A stretch of 63,250 nt of DNA, counting the filler, from Olpidium bornovanus S191 (Eukaryota; Fungi; Olpidiomycota), in assembly GCA_017911155.1 (NCBI GenBank). It is 29 parts of 29 records of this genome, joined end to end, with 100 filler letters (N's around TTAATTAATTAA, not from the genome) between each part and the next. Parts side by side here need not be neighbours in the genome. Positions count along the whole stretch, not along the records: positions 1 to 1,721 come from JAEFCI010013314.1; positions 1,822 to 3,020 come from JAEFCI010004248.1; positions 3,121 to 5,677 come from JAEFCI010004128.1; positions 5,778 to 8,222 come from JAEFCI010011902.1; positions 8,323 to 10,329 come from JAEFCI010010465.1; positions 10,430 to 11,468 come from JAEFCI010010659.1; 23 more parts are not named here. One strand, given 5' to 3'. Below the pieces are notes generated by a model that had not been told where the DNA came from, searched no databases, and saw only the letters and a list, made by a program, of their open reading frames with translations. A program made the translations under genes and the position numbers. Position 1 is the first letter of the stretch. Each line of letters begins with the position of its first letter. This document shows positions 1 to 11,425 of this stretch, in pieces.

Positions 1-958
1 CGCCGGGGAGTTGTGGCCGGCCGTCCCCTTTGGGGCGGGCGCTGCCCCCGTTGGGCGGCGCGTTGGGGGGGGAACCTAGTTAAAACTGAGAAGCAAAAAA
101 CCCCCGGGGGAAAAGGAAAAAAAAAAAAAAAAAAAAAAAAAAAAGGTCGGAGTTTCGAAACGACCCCAGTCGGTTGGTTACTAGAAAACCTTTACCGCGC
201 CTGCGGACCCTGCGTTTCTCGTCCACAGAGAACAGCTCGAGGCCTCGACTGCGCAATGTCCCCCGGAGCCAACACCGAAGAATGAGTTGGCTTTACAGAG
301 AGATGGCGGAGAGGGTCCCATCGGATGACGAGCGTCTCAGAGACAATGGCTCGCGGCGGGCAAAAAATCAGAAGATTCGGGTGGCTTGCGAGGAAAATTT
401 TTGCGGCCCAAGCATATTTGACTCGCAAAAACTCCGCTGTCTTTTTTTTTTGGCCTTTTTTTAACCAACTCGCTCGATGCATAAAACTGTATTTTCAACC
501 AGCCAGAAAACAAACTTGAATCCGGTGGCAGAGTGTGGATTTGGAGCAAAAAAAGAACATCGTTGCGTAGGAAGCCTGGCGCTTCTGGAGAGACCAACAC
601 CAATCGTCTAAAGCCAACCGCGGTGAGGTCACGCTGAAATTTCGAGGAAAACCTGGTAGGCTCTCGTGCACCTAATTCCCGTTCCAAGAGAGTTGATGCG
701 GTCGGAAACACTTGGTATCAACCGCCGAATCCGCAATCACCCCTCGAATCAGAAGTGCACCGGGAAGCTGCCGTCTGAGAGGTTGACTTTCCCAAAACAA
801 CGATATCGATGGGCAGGTATGGCGCTCCTGTGGAAAAATAACGAACTCCTCCATATTATCTTTCGCGCGTCACTTTGAGTACTAAACGTTTAGGAAGTAA
901 GTTAAGTCAAATCTCAATACAGTCTTATTAAAACCCTCACCAGCGAGCTCAAGCTTGC

Positions 959-1721
959 CTAAACTACACTGTACTCTTCGGCGGTTAGATCGATCTCTTT
1001 CGAAAACTTGATGGGCCCTCCGCCGTCAACGGCGGTGGCGTCGACGACGTCGACTCCGCTGTATGACCTGTTGCACTGAAAGCTGACGGTAACAGGGAAA
1101 AAGGAGTTCACGTCACCGTGACCGGGGATGTTGAACTCAAGCGTTCCGACGCGGCTGTTGAGGTCGATCGCCGCGATCTGCCAGTTGAGCAAGCCGTGCT
1201 GGTGGTCCACGTGGAACTGGCCATCTACTACAGCTACCTGGGGCTTGGCGCCTGGCCTGCTTAGCAGGGTATGTTCGGAGTCGAAGGGTCGGACAGAAGC
1301 ACACTCCGTTAGGTTCTGAGTAGTGCAAGATGAATTTGCCGGCAGAAACGCGTGGGCAGTAAAACGCACGGAATAGGAATGGCGATGACGACGTCGGTGA
1401 ACTCGAGTGCATCATTTTCCAATTCGTACTCGATGTTGACGTCGCAGGACCCGTCGCCGGCAACGTTTGGCCAGCAGTTGACTTCAAAACGTTTGTAGAC
1501 GTCGAGAGACGAATTCGGCAAGCGTCAAGCATTTGGCACACTGCTTTTCCAAAAATTTATGCAGAATGACGAACTCGACCGAACGAAACGGACGCGGACG
1601 ATTTGGCATTGTCGCTTACTTGACAATGGAATAGCCGCCTCGTCCATCGTCGTATACCTCCATCGGAGGACGCCCGTCGGCTGATTCACGGGGAACGGCC
1701 TGTTCGGATCTTTAAGCATGA
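959..1721 (-). CDS. RET2: Coatomer subunit delta, C-terminal mu-homology domain (3 exons, 5'-truncated)
   Basis: Spliced translation ..VNQPTGVLRWRYTTMDEAAIPLS|INCWPNVAGDGSCDVNIEYELENDALEFTDVVIAIPIP|..LLNWQIAAIDLNSRVGTLEFNI..FFPVTVSF..PIKFSKEIDLTAEEYSVV*. GT-AG introns (donor GTAAGC at 1619, acceptor at 1482). Matches the delta-COP/ARCN1 C-terminus. Confidence 0.92.
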
Positions 1722-2453
1722 NNNNNNNNNNNNNNNNNNNNNNNNNNNNNNNNNNNNNNNNNNNNTTAATTAATTAANNNNNNNNNNNNNNNNNNNNNNN
1801 NNNNNNNNNNNNNNNNNNNNNAATTGAATGTGAACGAAGCGAGGGACGGCGAGGAATGCAGCCCGACAGGTCGGTGCCACCGGGGGGAGGGAAACGGCAA
1901 TTCGCCCCCGAAGGATGTGTGCTTGGTAGATCACGTGCCATGTGCTTTGTAGAGGAGATCGCGCCTTCCTCCCCCTCTCCCGCCCTTCCCCAGCTCACGG
2001 AGCACAACAAACAAACCTGCACCGTCCCAACCCGGCCGCTTTTCTCTCTTTATTCCTTCGTTCCTTCATTCCGAGCAGCCAAAAGAATTCAGGGGTTCTG
2101 ACTAACCGTCCGCCCCTCGCGTACTCGTTATAGCACCCCTCCCGGCCACGTTTGCCGTAAACATATATCCCAATATAAACCCCTTGGATCTCAGCGAGTA
2201 GTGACAGGACCGGGGTGGCCTTGGGGATTTTTTTGAAATCTTCGAAGAGGCCTTTCAAACGAGCCAAAATGTCTTGTGTGGGTGGGGCGGTGCGCGCCGC
2301 ATCTCCCCCTTCGGCTTGCCCCCCCAGACCGGCCTTCAACGCCCCGAAGCTATCCTAGGCCTCTGGCGTCGCTATGTGCCTTAATAGGCTTTTATATCAG
2401 GGACAAACGGAGAGGCCAGGGAGAAAAAATAGTCTTTTAAACTGAAAAACTTT

Positions 2454-2535
2454 TTGCGTCTGGATCTGCGTCTAAATCTGCGTCGAAATCTGCATCTGAG
2501 TCTGCGTCGGTTTCTGCGGGTGAATCTGCGTCGCG
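2454..2535. repeat. Degenerate ~12-bp tandem repeat (core ATCTGCGTC), about 7 units
   Basis: Visible repeated tctgcgtc / tctgcatc / tctgcggg units. Confidence 0.7.
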
Positions 2536-3916
2536 GCGTTGGATGCTTTGTCAGATTGCGCCTGAACTGCGCCGGCTGCAGACGTCAAGAAACGGTTAGC
2601 CCGTCAGACGTCAAAAAAAATGAAAAAAGCAAAGCAAAAAGTATTAAGGATAAAACTGGCGCTATCTCTGAGAGAGCGAAGCTCACCGATGTGTAACAAA
2701 TTCAAGATTCCACCTGGCCAATTCAGGATGTTCAATAATGCCTACAACTGGTTGTACCATTTCTCAGTCAATAATACCCCAGTTCATTTATTTGACCTCA
2801 ATGGAGCCTTTCAAATCTCAGCATTCTCTGCTGCGTTGCCTACGTGCACATTTTAAAAATATCGCCGACTGCCGAAATCGTTGTCATTGCTGGCTACGGC
2901 GACATCAGCAAAGAATGTCGGCCCCGGGGTACTCGCAGTAACTCTGTCGTTTAGAGAGTAGATGTCACATTTGACAAACCTCTTTTCGATTCACCTCCTC
3001 TTGTCCATTTTCCAAGCATGNNNNNNNNNNNNNNNNNNNNNNNNNNNNNNNNNNNNNNNNNNNNTTAATTAATTAANNNNNNNNNNNNNNNNNNNNNNNN
3101 NNNNNNNNNNNNNNNNNNNNGGCATGTCCGACAGCTTGCTGGCCGTCTGCACCTCTCACCCAAGCTCCGTGAATAGCCCCCATCTCCTGTCTTCTGTTGC
3201 GCGCCTTTAAGCTTTGTTTCACAAGTCCGTTACATCGTTGGACCCCCACCCCCTCCCGACCCCGCTTTACGGACGTCTTTGGCGCGCCGGACAATCCAAT
3301 TTTGTCGAGTAGCTTGATGCGGTTGCGCGAACGTATCTCAAGGACATAATCACGTAGGGCCGTCAATGGGACGGGGTCGGCTCGGGCCGGGCCCTGTCCA
3401 CCGCTCGACTCACCCCGGCCTTGTCGGGGGTCTGGCCCGATCCAACCCATCTGATGAACGCTTTTGACCCGGCCTGACCCCCCCCCCTCCATATGCAAGT
3501 GGCTTCTGATGCCCGACCCGTTTCCCACACACCTCCGGCCCGCTCGAGCTATTCTCATTGCTGGCCTGATCATCGAACACGGTTTGTATTGCCAGGAACG
3601 ACATAAAAAAGTATACATAAAGAGCCGGGATATTTTAAATATAATCCTGCGGTGCCATTTGGGCCCATAACGGCCCTTCGAAGGACAACGCGGGTTATCT
3701 CGTCCTTTTCTGGTTTTTTGTCTGTGTGTGTGTTTTTTTTTGTTTTTTTCTTTTCTTTTCCGGGCGGGTGGGCCAGACAGCGTGTTCGACAGGGAAAAAA
3801 AAAAAAAAAAAAAAAAAAAAAGGAGAGAGAGCGGCTTCCGACGCCTCTTTCTTTCCCCCCTTCGTTTTTTCCCTTTCCCAGCCCGCTTCCTTCCGGCAGA
3901 AAAAAAAAAGAAGAAA

Positions 3917-4088
3917 ATGTTTCCGGCTCAAGCGGACCCGTCCCGCGCGCCGGCCCCCGCCGGGGCCGACGTCGTCGGGCGCCGCCGGTTGAAAAAACTG
4001 GAGAGCGAGGTGAGCTGGGGGCATCGGCGTGTGTCCCCGCGGGCGGGCGTTCTGTGCTCTCCCTCGCTCCCCCTTTCTGCTCGCCCTC

Positions 4089-4119
<31 letters not shown>

Positions 4120-4147
4120 TTCTCTCACTCTCTCTCTCTTTCTCTCA

Positions 4148-4179
<32 letters not shown>

Positions 4180-4889
4180 ACCTCCCGTTCCCCCTCCCTG
4201 CCCCGTTTGTCCAGCACCCAACCGTTTGCGTGTCTGGCGCGGCGCTCATCGCTACCCGGCCTCTCGCCCGTTGTCTCCACCCCCCTCCCCCGCCGACGCC
4301 CTCACGCAACGGTTTCGCCCGCCGGTCCAGCACAAGACCCTGGCCGTCCTGTCTGCCGAACTCGCCAGCCTGAAGCCGGGCAGCGTAAGGCGCCGAGGAG
4401 GAAACTTTCGAGGGCCCGTTTCGCGCCCCTTCCCTCCCGCCCCCCGGTCTTCACGGGACTTACGCGAGCGGCAAACCGGGGGAAAAAACCCCCCCCCCGT
4501 TTTTTGGCCGTTGTCTTTTGTCGTCCGTCGTCTGTTTTTTTTTTTATTGGTCGCAGGCGATCTACCGGCAGAAAACGGGTTCGAACGTGCTCTTCTTGGT
4601 GCAGGGCGCCGACGGGAAAAACGGGGTCGTCTCCGAGGTGGAAGGTCTGCAATTTATTTTTTTTTTGTGGTCTTGTGCGGGGGGAGCGGGAAAGCGATGT
4701 TTTTTTTGCTGGAGAACGCCGAAGGGGAAGAACGGGCCGCGCCGGCCCGCCGCGCGACGAAAAGAAAAGAATTTTTTTTCTTTTCCAACGGAAGAGCGTG
4801 TTTCGCTTTTGTGTTTACGCGCAGCGCGCCAGGCCCGGCTTTCGGAGGAGATAAAAGCCGCGAGAGGCGCTTTGAGAACAGCCGCGTGA
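3917..4889 (+). CDS. ASDURF: ASDURF-like beta-prefoldin-type small protein, complete, 99 aa; join(3917..4009,4331..4384,4557..4644,4825..4889)
   Basis: Four exons with GT-AG borders sum to 300 nt: MFPAQADPSRAPAPAGADVVGRRRLKKLESE|HKTLAVLSAELASLKPGS|AIYRQKTGSNVLFLVQGADGKNGVVSEVE|ARQARLSEEIKAARGALRTAA*. Helix, beta-hairpin, helix layout. LASLKPGSAIYRQKTGSNVLFL resembles human ASDURF [22 protein letters not shown] (recalled from memory). Confidence 0.75.
4085..4180. repeat. (CT)n microsatellite inside intron 1 of the ASDURF-like gene
   Basis: Long, slightly interrupted ctctct tract. Confidence 0.9.
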
Positions 4890-5642
4890 GAGGAAGGGGG
4901 AAGGGGGAAGGGGGTGGGGCCTGGCGAAAGGGCCGCGCTGCCCGTGACTGTTCGACGTGAATTTGTCCCGGATAAGGAGGACATGGTTCCCCCCCCCCCC
5001 TTTCTTCCCAAGGCAAAATACTCGCGCCCCGGCCCCCCCGCGCAAATGATCTGCGACATTCGCGAAGACGGGGTTCTGCTGGATCCGCGGGACTCACGGT
5101 ATTACGCGGGATTCGCGGTCAGCTGACCTTTTTCCACTTCTTTTTTTTTGCTGCTGCAAAAAACTTTTTATTACTTTACGGCAGGCAGCGTAATTATTTT
5201 TTTTCTTTCTATTTTGATGGAGTGGGTGCGACGGCGGGCCGCCGGCGCACGGCCGCTGCGGCGAGCACCAAAGTGCGGGGCACAGCTGTGGCGTGTAGAC
5301 GGTGTGTGTACGCGACGCCCGCCGGGCGTACCATGCATGCAGCATTTGCGGGTCTCCCGGTTTTGGAGCCAGGCTCGGAAACATCCCGAATGTTTTACCC
5401 AGACGCCGGCCGGTAGGGAGGGAGGGTGGGTGTTGTCGGAACCGTCCGCCGTATAGGGCCCCCCCCCCCCCCCCCCTTTGGGGAAAGAGGAAAAGGTTTG
5501 GCGTTTCGGAGTTTTGGCGGGGGTTTTTGTTCTCTCTCTCTCCGCAGGAGCCGTGTCGCGCGCGGTGTCGGGAACCCGGAAAAAAAAAAGAAACAGAAGG
5601 CCCCCGGTCCGACACCCCGCCCGCCGCCCGCCCCCCGAACCG

Positions 5643-5677
<35 letters not shown>

Positions 5678-7011
5678 NNNNNNNNNNNNNNNNNNNNNNN
5701 NNNNNNNNNNNNNNNNNNNNNTTAATTAATTAANNNNNNNNNNNNNNNNNNNNNNNNNNNNNNNNNNNNNNNNNNNNAAGCTGCGTTTAAGTTGGCGATG
5801 CAGCCTTATATATCTCGTGCCGGCAGGCCTGCCTCACGTCCATCAACTGGGGATCTTGCGCCCAGCGAGTTATTCGAGTCAGGCCAGTCAAGGACATGTC
5901 GGTGACGTGTTTTTTTTTTTTTTTTTTTTGCGTGGCGCCCAACCTCTTAGAATGACGAGCAGTGTCGGGAATTTTTCTCTTTTTTTTTTTCTTTTTTTTT
6001 TTCTCTATCTCTTCCTCTGCCGGGCCGTAAACAACCCCGCCGCCGCTTTTTTTTTTTCCGCCACACAGACACACACACACACCAGTTGGCCCCTCTCCGC
6101 GCCGTTCCGCCCCTCACCCGCCTCGGCCCCGGCCCGACCCCCTCGGCCCCGGCCCGACCCCCTGCCCTTGACAACACACGGGAGGAGCAGCGTGGATTTC
6201 GTCCCGCACTCGCGGGTAAGGCCCGGCTCCCGACCGCCCGTTATGCCACTCGCGGAGGACGACGACGAGGAGGGCCGGGGGCGGGGGAGGCGGGCTGGGC
6301 CCCGCGGCGGCGTGGGAGAGCGCCTGGCCCCGCCCCGCCCCGTCCCCCGCGGTCATGCCCGGCACGAGAGCACGAACAGAGAAAAGCAGGGGCCGGCGCG
6401 GCCTCGCCGCCCCGCGTTTCCGGCGGACGGGAGGGAGAGAGAGAGAGGGGAGGGGGCTGGTCGAGGCGGGACCGCGTCCGCGAAGACGCGGGCGGGGTTC
6501 GGCGGCAGAAAAAGCTTCCTGTCTGAAGGGCACGGCAGTCTCGGCGCCCCGTCTTCGATCACGTGCGCCGCTGCGGCGAGCACCGCGGCCGAGCGGGGAG
6601 GGGGGAGGGGGGGGGGGGGGAGGGGGGGGGGAGGCCCCGGCCGGCAGCGTCGCAACTGCCGGAAGGGGCGTCAGAACGACGTCGACGGGTGGGCGGGAGG
6701 TCAGTTCTAACTCGAGCCTTCCCGCCGGCATCTTTCCCGCCCGCTTTTCCGTGTTACTCCCTGCAACACCGTCGCTGCAGCGGCGAAAAGGCCTTGCGTT
6801 TCTCTCTGCCCTGTTTATCCGGCAGTAACGACCCGCCCGTTGGCGTCGCCCCCCGGGGGCTCCCCGCTTCTCGCACCACCCGGTTTGCCCGGCGGCGCGC
6901 ACCGGGGCTTCTGCCAAAACCGGTTCCGTTGGATCTTGCGACGTTCGTCAGAGGGCGTTCGCACGCGAGAAGCTCCTGACTCCTCGCGGCCTGCCGTTTT
7001 GCTTGCGCACG

Positions 7012-8222
7012 ATGGTATGCCTGTCGTGTTTGTGTCGAGCCCGGGGAACTCCCCCCCCCCCTTCTCCCTCTTCCCCGTTTTGTCCAGTTTGCGTTCGCGA
7101 TCCGGGCCCAAATTTCGGCCGCTTTCTCTCCCCTGTTGCGTGCGCCTTCAAGCCCCCGAAAGTCTCGTATTTCTTCGACCGTAAGTACGGCAGCGCGCGC
7201 TCGGCCCGGGCAGCACCTGCGGTCGCAAGAGAGCGAAGGTCCTCCGCAGTACGTTGCGTCTGGTCGTCGCTGCGCTTAACCTGTGAGGCCTGCCTCCCCC
7301 ACTCCCCCGCGGCGTTTTCGGCTCCGTTTTTCTTAGCCGACATCGGGAACTACTGTTACGGACCGGGGCACCCGATGAAGCCGTTGCGCATGGCGATGGT
7401 GAGCAGGACCGCTCGGGTCTGCGAAACGTCTGGCGCTGCTGAAGACTGAGGGGCTCCGCTCTGTTCTGCCAGACAAACTCGCTCGTCACTGCGTACGGGC
7501 TTCACCGGAAGATGCAGGTGCTGAGGCCTCAGAGGGCTACGTTCGCCGATATGACCAGGTGGCGCCGTTACGCCAAGGCGTTTTGATTTAGTTGCGGAGG
7601 CGGTTCCCTCGTACTGAGTCCGGCACACGCGCTGCGCAACAGGTTCCATAGCGACGACTATATCGACTTCCTACGGCGTGTTATGCCGGAGACCATGGAA
7701 GAGCTTACTCGTGGAGGGACCCGGTGTCAGTGCTGCTCTCTTTAGGAAGTCATTTCTTGGTGACATTACTGAGTAGTGTTTGCCTGGGTGTGCTCAGCCG
7801 GATTACATATTGTTAGCTGACACTGACCTCCGTCTGCAGTCAATGTCGGTGATGACTGCCCAGTTTTCGTGGGCATGTACGAGTTCTGTCAGATATCCGC
7901 CGGCGGATCATTAGGTAGGAATTTGATCGGTAAATGGCGGAAGGCACGCACCCCCGCACACGTACACCGTTTGACAAGCAAATCCGCGTCGGAAGATGGT
8001 GCCAGGAGACTCAATTCGGGACAAGCGGATATCGCGATTAACTGGTCCGGGGGCCTGCACCACGCGAAGAAGACCGAAGCGTCTGGATTCTGCTATGTCA
8101 ACGACATCGTTTTGGCGATACTGGAGCTTCTCCGGCACCACCAGCGAGTGCTTTATATCGACATCGACATACACCACGGCGACGGCGTAGAGGAGGCGTT
8201 TTACACGACGGACCGCGTCATG
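7012..8222 (+). CDS. RPD3: Class I histone deacetylase (Rpd3/Clr6-like), N-terminal half, multi-exon, 3'-truncated
   Basis: M|[10 protein letters not shown]|[20 protein letters not shown]|..[25 protein letters not shown]|..[67 protein letters not shown] and GVEE favour Rpd3/Clr6 over Hos2, but the paralog assignment is uncertain. Confidence 0.93.
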
Positions 8223-8322
8223 NNNNNNNNNNNNNNNNNNNNNNNNNNNNNNNNNNNNNNNNNNNNTTAATTAATTAANNNNNNNNNNNNNNNNNNNNNN
8301 NNNNNNNNNNNNNNNNNNNNNN

Positions 8323-8857
8323 CGCCTTGGTGTCCAGCTCGAAGGCTTCGTCCCGAACTTCTCCTGCAGGCCTACCTCAACGGCCTTGCGAAACAAGTCC
8401 ACGTCGCCATTCTCAGTAATCCCAATCATTTGTCATCCATGGAGTATCTCCAGGCAGCTGCTCTGCGTTTCGGAGATGCTCTCGGCGCCGTTGACATCAA
8501 AAACAAGAGCTCACACCCGCCGGCCAGCGCCAACGTCGCCGACAACGACGGGAAGACCAAGAGGCGCAGGAACCGATGCTCGCGCGGTGGTAGCACTGGT
8601 GGTAACCAGCAGCGCGGCGGGGATAGTACCGGCGGCTCTGGCGGTGCTAATGGCCAGATCCCGCCTTGTGCGGCCCCGGGAATCTACGTCACTACCATCG
8701 TGACTGCCCAACTCTCCAAGTCTTACGGGCCCGAAATCAGACGTCACCGACTACAAACCAGAATCCACCTCCGAGTCCTCATCCGCAAGCGCATAATGCC
8801 GCTACCAATAAGGACCCTCCTACCGCCGGCGTCATGAGCATAATGGGCAGAAGATAA
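8323..8857 (+). mobile_element. Decayed retrotransposon gag remnant (capsid C-terminal region plus frameshifted zinc knuckle)
   Basis: LLLQAYLNGLAKQVHVAILSNPNHLSSMEYLQAAALRFGDAL resembles gag capsid motifs. It is followed by a G/N-rich linker and, across a frameshift, PPC / CGPGNLRHYHRDCP (CCHC-like). Confidence 0.55.
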
Positions 8858-10275
8858 CGACGAGACGATTGATCTCGACGTCGGGAAAGCGAGCGAATTC
8901 CGCCGCCCGCGGTTTCTGGTTGGCTTACTGCACTTCCGACCTTGCCTGGCACCCCGCCCGCTCCCCCCCCCCCCCCCCCCCCCCCGCCCCCCCCCCCCCG
9001 CCGCCACTGCCGGCCGCGCGCCTTGCGTTAAGCGCGCCGCCATCTGCCGCAGTACGGCCCTCCGTGCGCGGCACTCGCGGGAGGCGGCGCGCGCCCGCCC
9101 CGTCGTCGGGCGGCCGCAACGGTCGGAGCGCGGGCGCGGGCGCGGAGCAATTCGCGGAGCCGCGCGTACTCACCCTCGCAGCGCGCTCGTTACCACGCTC
9201 GTGCTGGAGCATGTTTTTCACGCGCTCGCGGAGCGCCTTGCCCGCCCGCACCCTGCGGAACTACGCGCCACAGCGGGCGTCCTCGTCAAGCGGCGGCGCT
9301 AGCAGCGGGCGGAGTAGAAGAGACCCCCGTCCCCACCGCCGTCGAAGGGGCCGAGGGCGGGCGCCGCCTCCGTGAGGGGCCCCCGTGCGCGAGTCGGCGG
9401 CACCGACGGTCGGCCAGAGGCTTTGAGCGCCGCGTGCGCCGCCTCGCCGCGGCCCCGACGACGGGCTCGGCGTCGTCCGCCGCCCGAGAAACCGCTCGGT
9501 CCCAGACGTGCCCGTCCCCGAGGCTGCTGCTGGGGCGGCGGCGGCTCGCTCGGTTGCCTCCGCCGCCCGTGTGTTCCCTCGCGACCGCCTCCGCCGCCGC
9601 CCGCCCCGAGTCCGCAGCGTCTCGTCGTCCAGGCGGCGGCCGGGGGGCGTCTCTCGGAGAAAGCGCCAGCGCCTTCGGCGCCCCCCGCGGTAGGCGGCCT
9701 GCCGTCTTGGTTGCGAACGTTTCCGTCGTAATCCCGACGATAACGACATCTGACTCGGTCCGGAGCTGGTACCGCCGCCGGCGGGGGCCCCTCGCCTTCG
9801 CCCAGACATCGCCTTCGCCCGGCCACGTCCCAACAATCCCGCCAGCCGTCCGGCCCTCCCGGCCATAGCCCCTCCTACCGGTACGCGCGGATTAGGGTGA
9901 ACATTTCGGTCTTCTCACGCTGGCGTACTCCATCTGCTTTTTGTTATTTCGTGCTTCTCGGATGACAATGCGGCGCCTGGCTGTTTCACGCGTAGCGGAC
10001 TTGCCAACGTTGAACTAACTGTGAACCACTCCGCCCTCTCCTGCGGTCTTGGGCGTTCCGGTCGATCGTCGAATCAGGTGCTGCCAGGATCCTTTTTTTT
10101 CCTCGCCAGACTTTAACACCAGCCCCTCGCGGAAACCCAGCCATCACATCTGTAAGTACCCTTGGCGTCACGGCTGGCTGTGTTCTTGATGCGATCTTGC
10201 CTGCTTTGCATGGATACAGCTGGTGTGATGATGGATGTATTTCCATTAATGACAACCCGCCAATTTCTACAGACG

Positions 10276-10329
10276 ATGAAGGTCTACTACGTCTTCTCCG
10301 CTGTCCTCGCTGCCATTGCCGTCCTTTCC
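10276..10329 (+). CDS. Probable signal-peptide N-terminus of a secreted protein (truncated by gap)
   Basis: tttctacag|acgATG followed by MKVYYVFSAVLAAIAVLS (basic residue, then a hydrophobic stretch). Confidence 0.4.
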
Positions 10330-11364
10330 NNNNNNNNNNNNNNNNNNNNNNNNNNNNNNNNNNNNNNNNNNNNTTAATTAATTAANNNNNNNNNNNNNNN
10401 NNNNNNNNNNNNNNNNNNNNNNNNNNNNNACATGGTCAAAAGCTCGTGGCTTAAGACCGGGTAAGTGCAGGCCCGCCAGGGCAGTGGCTTTGGGGCGTGC
10501 GGGAAAAAAGAAGTTGACGACAGTGTTTATCGGTTTTTGCAGACTTTCTGGATATAAAGTCTGGCAGTTTGCGTTCAAGCAGCTGCACTCCCAATCCTCC
10601 GTCGGTCATGTGGCGGCCGACAATTCCGGATCTGGTTAAGAGTCGACGTACACAGATCGCAGCCTCCCTCAGCGTCGCTCTCCAGGTAGCCGGCGATGGT
10701 CCTTCTTTTCCATACACGCATAGTAGAAGTCACCAGCCAGATATAACGGGTGCGCCGAGAATGCATGCTCTCCATCGGTTTCTCCCAGAATCACATTGTC
10801 ACTCTCAAGGTAGCCGATTATGGTGCTTCTTTTCCATACACACACGCACGCACGTAATTAGTCTTTCCTTTCAACACAGACACACACATAATTGGTTCTT
10901 TCCACACATGCACACACATAGTTGACCTCTTTCTACACACACATGGTAACAGAAACATACAGATATGACGGATGTGCCGGGAATGTGTGTCCTCTATCGG
11001 TTGCGTTCCCGAACAGTTAAAGGCTTGGGTTTTACGGAATTTAGCCCAAACAAACCAAGTCACGTTTTCGCAGGACGGCAGGACGGCAGGGCGCGAGGGG
11101 CCGTACAAAATCCCGAATGACGCGTTGAGGCCGCTGCGCGTAACGCGCATTCATTGCGAACTCCGCGAGCTCGCAAAAAAAAACGGGGCTTCCAACCCGC
11201 GACCGATTCTCGGACGAAACTTCGGCGACAAACGCAAAGATCTGGGGACCGGCTGCTCGCAGCTGAAGCAGCAAAACCACCCTTTGAGTACGGGGGCCAC
11301 AGCTGTTCGGAGCCGGGACGACAAGCCGGCACGGCACCGTCTGATTTGTTTCGACGCCGGCGCG

Positions 11365-11425
<61 letters not shown>

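Noticed and set aside
713-720. TGGTATCA as a PBS or SMART adapter
   Set aside because: Only an 8-nt match, with no LTR end and no adapter continuation
1766-1777. TTAATTAATTAA palindrome repeated at every gap
   Set aside because: Artificial contig linker with stops in all six frames, always flanked by 44 N on each side
3652-4960. 400-aa and 410-aa ORFs in the track
   Set aside because: They read through poly-A, CT microsatellite and intron sequence; the real gene is the 4-exon ASDURF-like CDS
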